A stretch of DNA of 54,754 bases from an uncultured Bifidobacterium sp. (lineage in GTDB: Bacteria > Actinomycetota > Acidimicrobiia > Acidimicrobiales > Ilumatobacteraceae), in assembly GCA_964638795.1 (NCBI GenBank), contig CAZXAX010000001.1, positions 1 to 54,754 of the forward strand, written 5' to 3'. The notes below the pieces were generated by a model. The model was given only the letters and a program-made list of their open reading frames with translations, did not search any database and was not told the DNA's origin. The translations under genes and the position numbers were made by a program. This document shows, piece by piece, positions 17,624-26,998 of the stretch (position 1 is its first letter; each line of letters begins with the position of its first letter).

Positions 17624-18529
17624 GTGTACGAACAGATAGCGGCGAACAAGCGCCGTACTTTCTTGTTATTGACCGGCTTTGTGTTGGTAGTGATGTTGGC
17701 CGGCGTTTCAATCGGTGTTCTCACGGGTCAGGGCACTACGGGAACCGTGATCGCGCTGGTCTTTGCCGCAATTATGGCGTTCACCTCATATTGGAAATCG
17801 GACTCGATTGCGTTGGCTGTGAGTCGCGCTGTTCCGGCCGATGAGCAGGAGTATCAGCGACTACACAATCTTGTCGAGGGTCTCTGCATTGCTGCTGGCT
17901 TGCCCAAGCCACGCGTATATGTAATAAACGATTCAGCGCCGAATGCTTTCGCCACGGGACGCAACCCAAAGAATGCGGCGATCGCTGTGACAACGGGCTT
18001 GCTGGAGAAGATGAATCGTGTTGAGCTCGAAGGAGTGGTGGCTCACGAGCTTTCGCACATCAAGAATTACGACATCTTGGTCAGCACAATTGCTGTGACG
18101 CTGGTAGGAGCAATCGCACTGCTTACGGACATCGCAATTCGCATGATGTGGTGGAATGGCGGCCGGGTTTCACGTGATGGTGACCGCGAGGGTGGCGCTA
18201 ACCCCCTTGCTCTCGTTGGTTTTGCGATGTTGATACTTGCGCCGATCTCAGCCAAAGTCATGCAGGCAGCGATAAGTCGGCGTCGCGAAACACTTGCTGA
18301 TGTGACCGCGTGCCAGCTCACCCGTTATCCACCTGGTCTCATTTCTGCTCTTGAAAAACTCAAATCCGACGTGACGGTTGTTCATTCGTCCACTACTGCA
18401 ACTGCGCACATGTGGATTGAACAACCAATGTCTGGAGTAGGTGACGCTGGTCGGTTGGGTTGGGTTCATAGAATGTTCAATACACACCCCCCGCTAGAGG
18501 AGCGAATTGCACTTCTTCGGGAGATTTAG
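17624..18529 (+). CDS. htpX: M48-family zinc metalloprotease (HtpX-like)
   Basis: GTG lies 1 nt after the lemA stop. TM helices and the 'VAHELSHIKNYD' HExxH site are present. The ORF-track start at 17552 lies inside lemA. Confidence 0.88.
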   Translation: MYEQIAANKRRTFLLLTGFVLVVMLAGVSIGVLTGQGTTGTVIALVFAAIMAFTSYWKSDSIALAVSRAVPADEQEYQRLHNLVEGLCIAAGLPKPRVYVINDSAPNAFATGRNPKNAAIAVTTGLLEKMNRVELEGVVAHELSHIKNYDILVSTIAVTLVGAIALLTDIAIRMMWWNGGRVSRDGDREGGANPLALVGFAMLILAPISAKVMQAAISRRRETLADVTACQLTRYPPGLISALEKLKSDVTVVHSSTTATAHMWIEQPMSGVGDAGRLGWVHRMFNTHPPLEERIALLREI

Positions 18530-18544
18530 TCCGAGGAGTTGAAC

Positions 18545-19603
18545 ATGGGCATTAAGCGTCGCTGGGTGACTGCTTGTGGATTGGCGGCTGTGGTTGTTGT
18601 TGCATCGTGTGGCGGGGGCAGCTCAACTGAGACCACCACAACCGTAAAAAAGACCACAACCACCACAGAACCCAAGGGCCCAGTAGCGCCGCTTACGGGT
18701 TTACCGAATGACGATGAAGCGCTACTCACTCGCCCCGCAGTAGCAGTGAAGATTGATAACCATCCATCTGCTCGGCCCCAAACTGGTCTGAATCTTGCCG
18801 ACATTGTGTACGAGGAGAATGTGGAGAATCTCACTCGCTTTGCTGCAGTGTTTCATTCACAACTTCCAGAACCAGTGGGACCCATCCGCAGTGGTCGTAC
18901 CCAAGACATCAATCTCCTTGGCTCATTGATGCGGCCAATCTTGATGTGGAGTGGTGGCAACTCGAAGGTCACCCAGGCAATCCGTGAATCAGATCTCATT
19001 GACGCCTCTGCGACTGCAGCGCTTCCGTATGCGTCTTTCTTTCGCGACAACGCGAGATCGGCTCCGCACAACCTTTATGCGTCAATCGTCAAGACACTTC
19101 CGATCGCGGGCGAGGACACGAAGGCTCCACCGGCACAGTTTTTGTACCGTGACGAAGATGAATCTTTCGCAGCGACTGCGATTGGTAGTGCTGGTGTGAA
19201 CATCTCAATGGATGGTGTTGATCTCACGTGGGTCTGGAATGAAATTGCCGGTTCGTACACGCGTTTTGTTGATCGCAAGGGCGAGGTTGATGAAAAAGGC
19301 AAGCCAATCACGACTGAGAACGTCGTGGTGCTATTTGTTGATTACGAAGCGAGCCCCGCGGACCCAAGATCACCTGAGGCACAGACCGTGGGATCGGGAA
19401 TTGCTTGGGTTTTCACTGGCGGCAAGCTCTATGTCGGAACTTGGATGCGCGAAGACCGTCTCGACGTCTTTTCGCTTCTTGATTCGGCCGGTAAGCCAAT
19501 CAAGTTGACCCCAGGTCGCACGTGGGTGGACCTGCCTCGCAAGGACCGCGGCGTTTATGTGGAGGCTGGGAAAGACCCACTAACGGTGGACTTCGTCGGC
19601 TAA
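18545..19603 (+). CDS. DUF3048-domain lipoprotein
   Basis: GAGGAG lies 6 nt before ATG 18545. Signal peptide with lipobox 'VVASC', then a Thr-rich linker 'TETTTTVKKTTTTTEP'. 'AVAVKIDNHPSARPQTGLNLADIVYEE' is typical of DUF3048. Confidence 0.75.
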   Translation: MGIKRRWVTACGLAAVVVVASCGGGSSTETTTTVKKTTTTTEPKGPVAPLTGLPNDDEALLTRPAVAVKIDNHPSARPQTGLNLADIVYEENVENLTRFAAVFHSQLPEPVGPIRSGRTQDINLLGSLMRPILMWSGGNSKVTQAIRESDLIDASATAALPYASFFRDNARSAPHNLYASIVKTLPIAGEDTKAPPAQFLYRDEDESFAATAIGSAGVNISMDGVDLTWVWNEIAGSYTRFVDRKGEVDEKGKPITTENVVVLFVDYEASPADPRSPEAQTVGSGIAWVFTGGKLYVGTWMREDRLDVFSLLDSAGKPIKLTPGRTWVDLPRKDRGVYVEAGKDPLTVDFVG

Positions 19604-20509
19604 GTGCCTACGATGGAGGACATGTCTAGCTCCTCCCAAAAGGGTTCAATGACCGTCAAGCGCGGTCTGGCAGAAATGATGAAGGGTGGCGTCATCATGG
19701 ACGTCGTCACTCCTGAGCAGGCGCGCATCGCCGAAGATGCTGGTGCGTGTGCGGTGATGGCACTTGAGCGAGTGCCTGCAGACATCCGCCGCGATGGTGG
19801 GGTCGCGCGAATGAGCGATCCAGAAATGATCGAGGGCATCAAAGCAGCTGTTTCGATTCCGGTGATGGCGAAAGCCCGAATTGGACACTTTGTTGAAGCG
19901 CAGATTCTTGAATCACTCGGTGTCGACTTTGTGGATGAATCCGAGGTTCTAACCCCAGCCGATGAGGCCCATCACATCGACAAGTTTCAGTTCACAGTGC
20001 CCTTTGTTTGTGGTGCTACCAACCTTGGTGAAGCTTTGCGCCGCATCTCTGAAGGTGCCGCGATGATTCGTTCCAAAGGTGAAGCTGGAACAGGCAACAT
20101 TGTGGAAGCCGTACGTCACCTCCGCTCAATCATTGGAGACATGCGCAAGATCACTCAGGCTGACTCTGCTGAATTGTTTGAATGGGCAAAGCGACTCCAA
20201 GCACCGCTGCCGTTAGTGCAGGAAATTGCCGAAACTGGATGGCTGCAGGTTCCATTGTTCTGTGCCGGTGGCATTGCCACGCCAGCTGATGCTGCACTCG
20301 CCATGCAGTTGGGAGCTGAAGCGGTGTTCGTTGGTTCTGGAATCTTTAAGTCCGACGATCCAGCACCACGCGCGAAAGCGATTGTGGAAGCGACCACGCA
20401 TTTCAGGGATCCACACATTCTTGCGAAAGTCTCACGCGGTCTCGGAGCACCCATGACCGGAATCGGCATGGACGAAGTAAACCAAAAGTTCGCTGAACGA
20501 GGCTGGTGA
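19604..20509 (+). CDS. pdxS: pyridoxal 5'-phosphate synthase, lyase subunit
   Basis: '[26 protein letters not shown]' and '[10 protein letters not shown]'. The start is ambiguous: GTG 19604, or ATG 19613, 19622 or 19649. Confidence 0.95.
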   Translation: MPTMEDMSSSSQKGSMTVKRGLAEMMKGGVIMDVVTPEQARIAEDAGACAVMALERVPADIRRDGGVARMSDPEMIEGIKAAVSIPVMAKARIGHFVEAQILESLGVDFVDESEVLTPADEAHHIDKFQFTVPFVCGATNLGEALRRISEGAAMIRSKGEAGTGNIVEAVRHLRSIIGDMRKITQADSAELFEWAKRLQAPLPLVQEIAETGWLQVPLFCAGGIATPADAALAMQLGAEAVFVGSGIFKSDDPAPRAKAIVEATTHFRDPHILAKVSRGLGAPMTGIGMDEVNQKFAERGW

Positions 20510-20535
20510 CAGAATGCCCGATGGGAGGCCTCCAG

Positions 20536-21129
20536 GTGGAAGTCGGGGTATTGGCGCTGCAAGGTGCATTTGCGGCGCATCAGAGCGCACTTTCTGAGTG
20601 TGGGATTCAGTCGCGACAGGTTCGCGTCGCTGAAGATCTAGAAGGGCTTTCGGGGTTGATTCTCCCTGGCGGAGAATCAACAACCATGTCGAATCTCCTA
20701 CTGCGGTCAGGTTTATTTGCTGCGGTGAAATCTGGAATTGCCGCAGGGCTTCACGTGTTCGGCACATGCGCTGGAATGATTCTTCTTGCACGTCAGGTAA
20801 CAGATGGACGCGATGATCAAGTCTCATTCGGTGCAATGGATATCTCCGTCCAGCGCAATGCATACGGGCGACAAGTTGACTCATTTGAGACGGATATACA
20901 GATCAGCGGCCTAAGCGCACCTTTTCACGCTGTCTTTATTCGGGCACCTCGCGTGTCAGACCTTGGCTCCGATGTGGAAGTTCTCGCAACATTTGAAGAT
21001 TCGCCAGTGCTGGTCGCCGAGGGCAATTGCATGGCAGCGTCGTTTCACCCCGAACTCTCGATGGATCCCAGGGTGCACCGACTATTTGTCAACCGCATAG
21101 AGGCCGCCAAAGTAACGGCAAAGAGTTAG
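20536..21129 (+). CDS. pdxT: pyridoxal 5'-phosphate synthase, glutaminase subunit
   Basis: 'VGVLALQGAF', Cys nucleophile 'GTCAGMILLA' and 'FHPELS'. GTG 20536 has GGGAGG 7 nt upstream. The ORF-track start at 20506 is also possible. Confidence 0.92.
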   Translation: MEVGVLALQGAFAAHQSALSECGIQSRQVRVAEDLEGLSGLILPGGESTTMSNLLLRSGLFAAVKSGIAAGLHVFGTCAGMILLARQVTDGRDDQVSFGAMDISVQRNAYGRQVDSFETDIQISGLSAPFHAVFIRAPRVSDLGSDVEVLATFEDSPVLVAEGNCMAASFHPELSMDPRVHRLFVNRIEAAKVTAKS

Positions 21130-21137
21130 GAGGAACT

Positions 21138-21884
21138 ATGTCAGGACATTCCAAATGGGCAACTATCAAGCACAAAAAGGGCGCAGCCGACAAGGCTCGC
21201 GGAAAGTTGTTTGCCAAACTCGCACGCCAGATTGAAGTTGCCTCGCGAGAAGGTGGATCAAATCCGGAAATGAACGCCCAATTGCGCAACATAGTGCAGA
21301 AGGCGAAGGCCGCACAGATGACCAACGATGCAATTGATCGTGCGGTCAAACGCGGTGCCGGCGAAACCGGCGGTGCAAACTTCGAATCAATTACCTACGA
21401 GGGTTACGCACCAGGTGGAGTAGCCCTGTTGATTGATGTCTTGACCGATAACCGCAACCGCAGCAGTTCAGACGTGCGCGCAATATTCTCCAAGCTTGGC
21501 GGCTCAATGGCAGAGCCGGGGTCGGTGGCGTGGCAATTCTCGCGTCGGGGAGTCATCTATGTTGATGGCTCAATTAGTGAAGATGATGCAATGGCAGCAG
21601 CGCTTGAGGCTGGAGCCGACGACGTGGCTCGCGACGGTGATGACTGGAGAGTCCTGACTGATCCATCTGACGTTTGGGATGTTAAGTCTGCGCTTGAGGC
21701 TGCAGGGGTTAAGGTGACCTCAGCAGAGAACACGATGGTTGCAGCCAATACGGTTCCTGTCACCGATGTTGAGGATGCCAAGAAGATCCTCAAGATCATG
21801 GATGGTCTGGAGGACAACGACGATGTGCAGGATGTCTATGCCAACTTCGACATGTCGGAGGAAATCATGCAGGCGGTGAACTGA
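21138..21884 (+). CDS. yebC: YebC/PmpR-family DNA-binding regulator
   Basis: AGGAGG precedes ATG 21138. 'MSGHSKWATIKHKKG' is a diagnostic N-terminus. Confidence 0.95.
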   Translation: MSGHSKWATIKHKKGAADKARGKLFAKLARQIEVASREGGSNPEMNAQLRNIVQKAKAAQMTNDAIDRAVKRGAGETGGANFESITYEGYAPGGVALLIDVLTDNRNRSSSDVRAIFSKLGGSMAEPGSVAWQFSRRGVIYVDGSISEDDAMAAALEAGADDVARDGDDWRVLTDPSDVWDVKSALEAAGVKVTSAENTMVAANTVPVTDVEDAKKILKIMDGLEDNDDVQDVYANFDMSEEIMQAVN

Positions 21885-22342
21885 TGGCTCTTGGAGTGGG
21901 TGATCAAGCCCCTGATTTTGAACTGCCAGGAACGGGCTCGGCGCAGTATCGACTGTCTTCGTATCGCGGCAAGGTAGTTGTGATCGTTTTTTATCCTGGC
22001 GACAACACAGCAGTGTGTACCAGGCAATTGAATTCGTACAACCAAGGTCTCGATGAATTCGAAAAGCTCGGTGCGCAGGTGCTCGCCATTTCGGCCCAGG
22101 ACCTTGACTCACATGAAGAATTTTCCTGTAAGCACAACTTCGGGTTCCCGTTACTTGCCGACACAGACAAGAGCGTCGCGCGCCAGTATGGGGTGTTAGG
22201 CCCTATGGGATTTCCGCGCAGGAGCGTCTTTGTCATCGATGCCAACGGCCGTATTTCCTATGCCCACAGGGCGTTAGCGGGGCTCACATACCGGCCAGTC
22301 GAAGAGCTGGTATCCGCTATCCAAAAGGCGGCTGCGCAGTAG
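21884..22342 (+). CDS. bcp: thiol peroxidase (Bcp-type peroxiredoxin)
   Basis: TGATG junction with yebC. Peroxidatic Cys context 'FYPGDNTAVCTRQL'. Confidence 0.88.
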   Translation: MALGVGDQAPDFELPGTGSAQYRLSSYRGKVVVIVFYPGDNTAVCTRQLNSYNQGLDEFEKLGAQVLAISAQDLDSHEEFSCKHNFGFPLLADTDKSVARQYGVLGPMGFPRRSVFVIDANGRISYAHRALAGLTYRPVEELVSAIQKAAAQ

Positions 22343-22360
22343 AATCAAACATGTGTTCGC
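22340..22360 (+). promoter_or_regulatory. candidate ruvC promoter: -10 TAGAAT fused to a LexA (SOS) box-like palindrome
   Basis: TAGAAT (22340-22345) uses the bcp stop TAG. TCAAACATGTGTTCGC (22345-22360) compares with the actinobacterial TCGAAC-N4-GTTCGA, giving 10/12 specified positions and one mismatch in the GAAC-N4-GTTC core. Confidence 0.45.
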
Positions 22361-22898
22361 CCAGTCACTGAACCCCGTTGCCCCCGTGAGGGGTCGTGTG
22401 CTCGGAATTGACCCTGGTCTTACGCGGTGTGGATATGCAGTTATTGACCCAAGTCATCAAGGCGCCGCTGTCAAAGTGGCACTTGGGGTAATCCGCACCC
22501 CCACGTCAGCACCACTGCCGGAGCGGCTCGCTGAACTCGCTGCAGAGATCGATGCATTGTTGATGGAGTACCGGCCCGAGGCAGTGGCCGTTGAACAAGT
22601 GTTTTTTCAAAACAATGTGCGCACAGCGATGGGAGTTGGTCAAGCAAGTGGCTTGGCGCTCGCGCTCGCCGCAAGTCGCGGTTGCATCGTGCGTCAGTTC
22701 ACTCCTAGTCAAGTTAAAGATTCAGTAGCTGGTTGGGGTGGCGCAGATAAGGCGCAAGTGCAACGAATGGTTCAACAACGCCTTGGGCTCGCGTCATTGC
22801 CCAAACCCGCAGACGCAGCCGATGCTGCGGCTCTCGCACTTTGCTACTTGGCCGTTGCGCCATTGCAACAAGCAATTGCCACCGGGGGTCAACGATGA
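22353..22898 (+). CDS. ruvC: crossover junction endodeoxyribonuclease RuvC
   Basis: 'VLGIDPGLTRCGYAVI' and 'DAADAAALAL'. The start is either GTG 22353 (7 nt after the -10, so possibly leaderless) or GTG 22386. Confidence 0.93.
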   Translation: MFAQSLNPVAPVRGRVLGIDPGLTRCGYAVIDPSHQGAAVKVALGVIRTPTSAPLPERLAELAAEIDALLMEYRPEAVAVEQVFFQNNVRTAMGVGQASGLALALAASRGCIVRQFTPSQVKDSVAGWGGADKAQVQRMVQQRLGLASLPKPADAADAAALALCYLAVAPLQQAIATGGQR

Positions 22899-23479
22899 TT
22901 GGCTCGTTGCGCGGCAAGGTGCTTGAGCGAAACGACGCAACCGCACTGTTGGAAGTGGGTGGTGTCGGATATCTCGTACAAGTAACACCACGAACTCTTG
23001 CTGAACTGGAGCCCACCAGTAATGCGTTTTTGTATGTACATCATCACATTCGCGAAGACTCGCAAGTGTTGTTTGGTTTCATGTCGCGAGCAGAACGAGA
23101 CACATTCAACATTCTCATTGGCACCCACGGCATTGGACCTTCGTTGGCTCTTGCAATTCTGGGAGTGCACACCCCAGCGTCACTTATCGACATCGTGGCA
23201 TCGGGTGATCTCGCGGGATTCACGATTGTTCCAGGTGTTGGCAAGAAGACCGCCGAACGATTGCTGGTAGAGCTTAAGAACAAACTTGATCTGCCGATAT
23301 TGAGCGGACCAGCCGTTGAAGGTGCGACAACTCCGATGGCAGAAGTGCGTGAGGCACTAGCAGGACTGGGATACGGCAATGAAGAGATCCGCGAAGCACT
23401 GAAGGGCGTGACCGCAACCGGTGATACCGCTGAGATGTTGCGGCAAGCACTGTCGATGTTGGGATCCAGTCGTGCGTGA
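22895..23479 (+). CDS. ruvA: Holliday junction helicase subunit RuvA
   Basis: ATGA overlap with ruvC. 'MIGSLRGKV' and the HhH motif '[18 protein letters not shown]'. Confidence 0.95.
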   Translation: MIGSLRGKVLERNDATALLEVGGVGYLVQVTPRTLAELEPTSNAFLYVHHHIREDSQVLFGFMSRAERDTFNILIGTHGIGPSLALAILGVHTPASLIDIVASGDLAGFTIVPGVGKKTAERLLVELKNKLDLPILSGPAVEGATTPMAEVREALAGLGYGNEEIREALKGVTATGDTAEMLRQALSMLGSSRA

Positions 23480-24494
23480 TGAATTTCTAGATCCTGCAGC
23501 GAACGACTCCACGGAGGTCGCCGACGAAATAAGTTTGCGGCCTCGCGCATTGTTCGACTTTGTCGGTCAACGTGAACTCAAAGAGCATCTAGAAATCGTG
23601 TTGGAAGCAGCCAGGCGTCGCGGTCAAGCGGCCGACCACATTTTGCTGGCGGGACCACCTGGGCTTGGCAAAACCACAATGGCATCAATTGTGGCTGCAG
23701 AGATGGGAGCCAATATTCACGTAACTAGTGGCCCAGCCCTAGAGCGTGCTGGTGATCTCGCGGCAATACTCACCAAGTTGCAACCCAATGACGTCCTCTT
23801 TATCGATGAGATACATCGCTTGTCGCGGGTTGTGGAAGAGATTCTTTATCCCGCAATGGAAGATTTTCAGATTGACATCGTGGTAGGTAAGGGGCCAGCC
23901 GCCTCGTCAATTCGCCTGACCCTGCCACATTTCACCCTGATCGGGGCTACAACGCGTACTGGGATGATCACTGGTCCCTTGCGTGACCGATTCGGATTGG
24001 TGGCGAGACTCGATTACTACGACGACCAGGAATTGCAGACCATCGTTCTTCGGTCGGCATCGATTTTCGGAATTGCGATTGAAGAGACAGCAGGATTTGA
24101 AATTGCGCGTCGATCGCGCGGCACTCCCCGTATCGCTAACCGTCTCTTGCGCAGAGTTCGTGATTTTTCCGAAGTGCGAGCCGACGGCAAAATCACGCGG
24201 GACACTGCATCAGAGGCGCTCAAAGTGTTCGGCGTAGATGATCTCGGTTTGGACAAAGTTGACCGCGCCATCTTGAAGGCGATCTGTGAGCAATTCTCTG
24301 GTGGTCCAGTTGGTCTCACCACGTTGGCAATCAGTGTGGGGGAGCAACCCGAGACCGTTGAAGAGATGTATGAGCCATTCCTAATTCAAAAGGGAATGCT
24401 TGCGCGCACTCCGCGCGGGCGAGTTGCGCACTCCGGAGCTTGGCAGCATCTTGGACTCACACCACCGGCGTCGGGCCCCACTTTGTTTGACTGA
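23472..24494 (+). CDS. ruvB: Holliday junction helicase subunit RuvB
   Basis: The GTG start overlaps the ruvA stop (GTGCGTGA). Walker A '[11 protein letters not shown]' and Walker B/sensor '[10 protein letters not shown]'. Confidence 0.96.
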   Translation: MRDEFLDPAANDSTEVADEISLRPRALFDFVGQRELKEHLEIVLEAARRRGQAADHILLAGPPGLGKTTMASIVAAEMGANIHVTSGPALERAGDLAAILTKLQPNDVLFIDEIHRLSRVVEEILYPAMEDFQIDIVVGKGPAASSIRLTLPHFTLIGATTRTGMITGPLRDRFGLVARLDYYDDQELQTIVLRSASIFGIAIEETAGFEIARRSRGTPRIANRLLRRVRDFSEVRADGKITRDTASEALKVFGVDDLGLDKVDRAILKAICEQFSGGPVGLTTLAISVGEQPETVEEMYEPFLIQKGMLARTPRGRVAHSGAWQHLGLTPPASGPTLFD

Positions 24495-24502
24495 TCAACC
24501 CA

Positions 24503-25522
24503 ATGGATCTTTCCGATATTGATTATGAGTTGCCTGAGGCATCTATTGCACAGTTTCCTGTTGAGCCCCGGGACTCAGCGCGACTCTTGGTCGACCAAGG
24601 TGGTCTATCACCCAAAGACCATCGTGTATCCGACTTAGCTGACTTTCTCCGCGAAGGCGACTTCGTGGTGATGAATAACACCCGCGTAATGGCTGCGCGA
24701 CTTCCATTGATGCGATCTACTGGTGGCGCCGTCGAGGTGTTGATGCTTGAACCCTTAGATCCTGAGGAACACAGCTGGACGGCTTTAGTGCGACCCGGTG
24801 GAAAGTTACGCGAAGGGGAGTCGTTGTTTGATGCCGACGGCATGCCGGCTTTGATCTTTCAGGGAAGAAGCAGCGACGATCCAGACACCTTCTTGGTCAC
24901 GTTCAAAGGCAACGGTGAGGCTCGGGCTTTGATGAATCGCATCGGATCAATGCCGCTACCGCCTTACATTCGAGAAGTTCTTGAGGATCCTTCGCGCTAC
25001 CAAACAGTTTTTGCAGCAAGTGATAAGAGCGCAGCCGCGCCAACTGCTGGGCTGCATCTCACCACATCGCTACTTGATCGCATAAAAGCCAAAGGTGTGG
25101 CAATTGGTGAAGTAGAACTCGCAGTCGGGCTCGGAACCTTCAAGCCGGTAACAGCACAAAACCCGCTTGAACACCAGATTCATTCGGAGTGGTATTACGT
25201 GCCGAGCGAAGTAATGCAGCAATGTCGCGATGCGAAGAGAGTTATCGCAATTGGCACAACATCTGTTCGGGCCCTCGAATCGGCGGCAACAACCGGAGAG
25301 TTGACAGGACGCACCGAGCTATTCATTCACCGTGGCTACGACTGGAAGGTTGTAGACCTGATGCTCACGAATTTTCATATGCCTCATACTTCGTTGCTGC
25401 TGATGATCCATGCTTTTGTTGGGGATCGTTGGCGGCGTCTGTACTCCGAAGCACTTGAGCGTGGCTATAGGTTCTTGTCATTTGGCGATGCAATGCTCCT
25501 TGATCGCCATTTGTCAGAATGA
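24503..25522 (+). CDS. queA: S-adenosylmethionine:tRNA ribosyltransferase-isomerase
   Basis: 'MDLSDIDYELPEASIAQFPVEPRDSARLLV' and 'TNFHMPHTSLLLM'. Confidence 0.95.
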   Translation: MDLSDIDYELPEASIAQFPVEPRDSARLLVDQGGLSPKDHRVSDLADFLREGDFVVMNNTRVMAARLPLMRSTGGAVEVLMLEPLDPEEHSWTALVRPGGKLREGESLFDADGMPALIFQGRSSDDPDTFLVTFKGNGEARALMNRIGSMPLPPYIREVLEDPSRYQTVFAASDKSAAAPTAGLHLTTSLLDRIKAKGVAIGEVELAVGLGTFKPVTAQNPLEHQIHSEWYYVPSEVMQQCRDAKRVIAIGTTSVRALESAATTGELTGRTELFIHRGYDWKVVDLMLTNFHMPHTSLLLMIHAFVGDRWRRLYSEALERGYRFLSFGDAMLLDRHLSE

Positions 25523-25528
25523 TGGGCA

Positions 25529-26626
25529 ATGTATCCAGTCGAATTCACAACTGAAGCCACCGATGGAACCGCCCGCGCAGGCACAGCGAAGACCGCACAG
25601 GGCGAATACACAACTCCATGTTTCATGCCGGTTGGAACTCGCGGTGCGATCAAGTATCTGAGTGCAACCGACTACGAAACACTCGGTGCTCAAATCGTTC
25701 TGGGTAACACCTATCACTTGATGCTGCGACCCGGAGCAGACACCGTCGCTGCCTTTGGTGGTCTTGGAAAGTTTGCGGGTTGGAATGGGCTGACCCTCAC
25801 AGATTCCGGCGGATTTCAGGTGTTTTCACTTGATCCAAAAGTGGACGACGATGGTGTTACTTTCAAATCCACTTACGACGGCTCGATGCACCGCTTCACC
25901 GCAGAGATTGCCGTCGATGTGCAGCAAAAACTTGGAGCCACTATTCAGATGGTGCTCGATGTATGTCCAGCGTTGCCAGCGCCAGAGGCCACTGTGCGCC
26001 TTGCGATGCGAAGAACAGCTGAATGGGCAGAGCGTGCACGCGAATCACATTCGCGTGATGATCAGAGCCTGTTTGGAATTGTCCAAGGTGGAATTTCGCC
26101 TGAGTTGCGTACTGAGAGTGCACGCCACACAGCAAGTTTGGAATTTGACGGTTACGGGATCGGTGGCCTAAGCGTTGGTGAATCACGCACCGATATGTTG
26201 CCAGCATTGCGGGCCGCACTCGCAGAGTTGCCAATTAACAGACCCCGCTATTTGATGGGAGTTGGCGACCCAGCATCTCTAGTTGAAGCAGTGGGACTCG
26301 GTGTTGACCAATTCGACTGCGTTTTACAGAGTCGTCTTGGTCGCCACGGAACGGCTCTCACAACGGCAGGCAAAGTGCAGGTCAAGAACGCCAAGTATGC
26401 ACTCTCCGATGACCCAATTGATCCGACATGCGGATGTCAAGTCTGTCTGCGCCACAGCGTTGGCTACTTGCGACACTTATTTCAGGTAGGGGAGCCAACA
26501 GCCATGCGTCTGCTCACCTGGCACAACATCGCTTGGACTCTGGATTTGATGGGGCAAATGAGGGCCGCCATTTTTGCAGGGCAATTTGAGGCTTTGCGCA
26601 GGTCTGTGCTCGAGGTCTGGGGCTAG
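25529..26626 (+). CDS. tgt: queuine/preQ1 tRNA-ribosyltransferase (bacterial type)
   Basis: 'TDSGGFQV', 'LDVC', 'GGLSVGE', 'YLMGVG' and the zinc site 'CGCQVC...H'. Confidence 0.95.
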   Translation: MYPVEFTTEATDGTARAGTAKTAQGEYTTPCFMPVGTRGAIKYLSATDYETLGAQIVLGNTYHLMLRPGADTVAAFGGLGKFAGWNGLTLTDSGGFQVFSLDPKVDDDGVTFKSTYDGSMHRFTAEIAVDVQQKLGATIQMVLDVCPALPAPEATVRLAMRRTAEWAERARESHSRDDQSLFGIVQGGISPELRTESARHTASLEFDGYGIGGLSVGESRTDMLPALRAALAELPINRPRYLMGVGDPASLVEAVGLGVDQFDCVLQSRLGRHGTALTTAGKVQVKNAKYALSDDPIDPTCGCQVCLRHSVGYLRHLFQVGEPTAMRLLTWHNIAWTLDLMGQMRAAIFAGQFEALRRSVLEVWG

Positions 26627-26638
26627 GCTTTCGGGTCT

Positions 26639-26998
26639 ATGTCAACCCTCGTAATTCTCGGTGAAACAACAAACGACAGTGGCGGTAGTGGTTTCGCATC
26701 AATCATTTTCTTTGCCCTCATTTTCGTGGCGATGTACTTCTTACTGCTGCGTCCCCAGCGTCGTCGGATGAAAGAAGCACAGTTGTTGCAAAAGTCGATT
26801 GAGGTCGGTGACGAGGTTCTTTTGACCTCTGGGATCATCGGGTTTATCGATGCGATTGACGGTGATGTGCTTTGGATATCGATTGCAGATGACGTGACGA
26901 TTCGTTGCACTCGTGGGTCGATTGCGCGCAAGATCGACCCAACCGTTGAACCTGCGGGTGGCAATCCTGCGGCTACGGAGTCAGACGACCAAGACTGA
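26639..26998 (+). CDS. yajC: preprotein translocase subunit YajC
   Basis: Single TM helix followed by 'LLLRPQRRRMKE'. The queA-tgt-yajC-secDF order supports the call. Confidence 0.88.
   Translation: MSTLVILGETTNDSGGSGFASIIFFALIFVAMYFLLLRPQRRRMKEAQLLQKSIEVGDEVLLTSGIIGFIDAIDGDVLWISIADDVTIRCTRGSIARKIDPTVEPAGGNPAATESDDQD

Noticed and set aside
21027-21137. ORF-track 5' extensions that run into the upstream gene. Affected genes are yebC (21027), ruvA (22841), ruvB (23421), htpX (17552), ruvX (38772), aroC (41278), aroK (42398), aroQ (44015), the AP-family gene (1791) and rrf2 (1955).
   Set aside because: In each case a downstream in-frame start reproduces the conserved family N-terminus and gives a standard 0-8 nt junction or a good SD. 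The extensions are just the longest possible ORFs.
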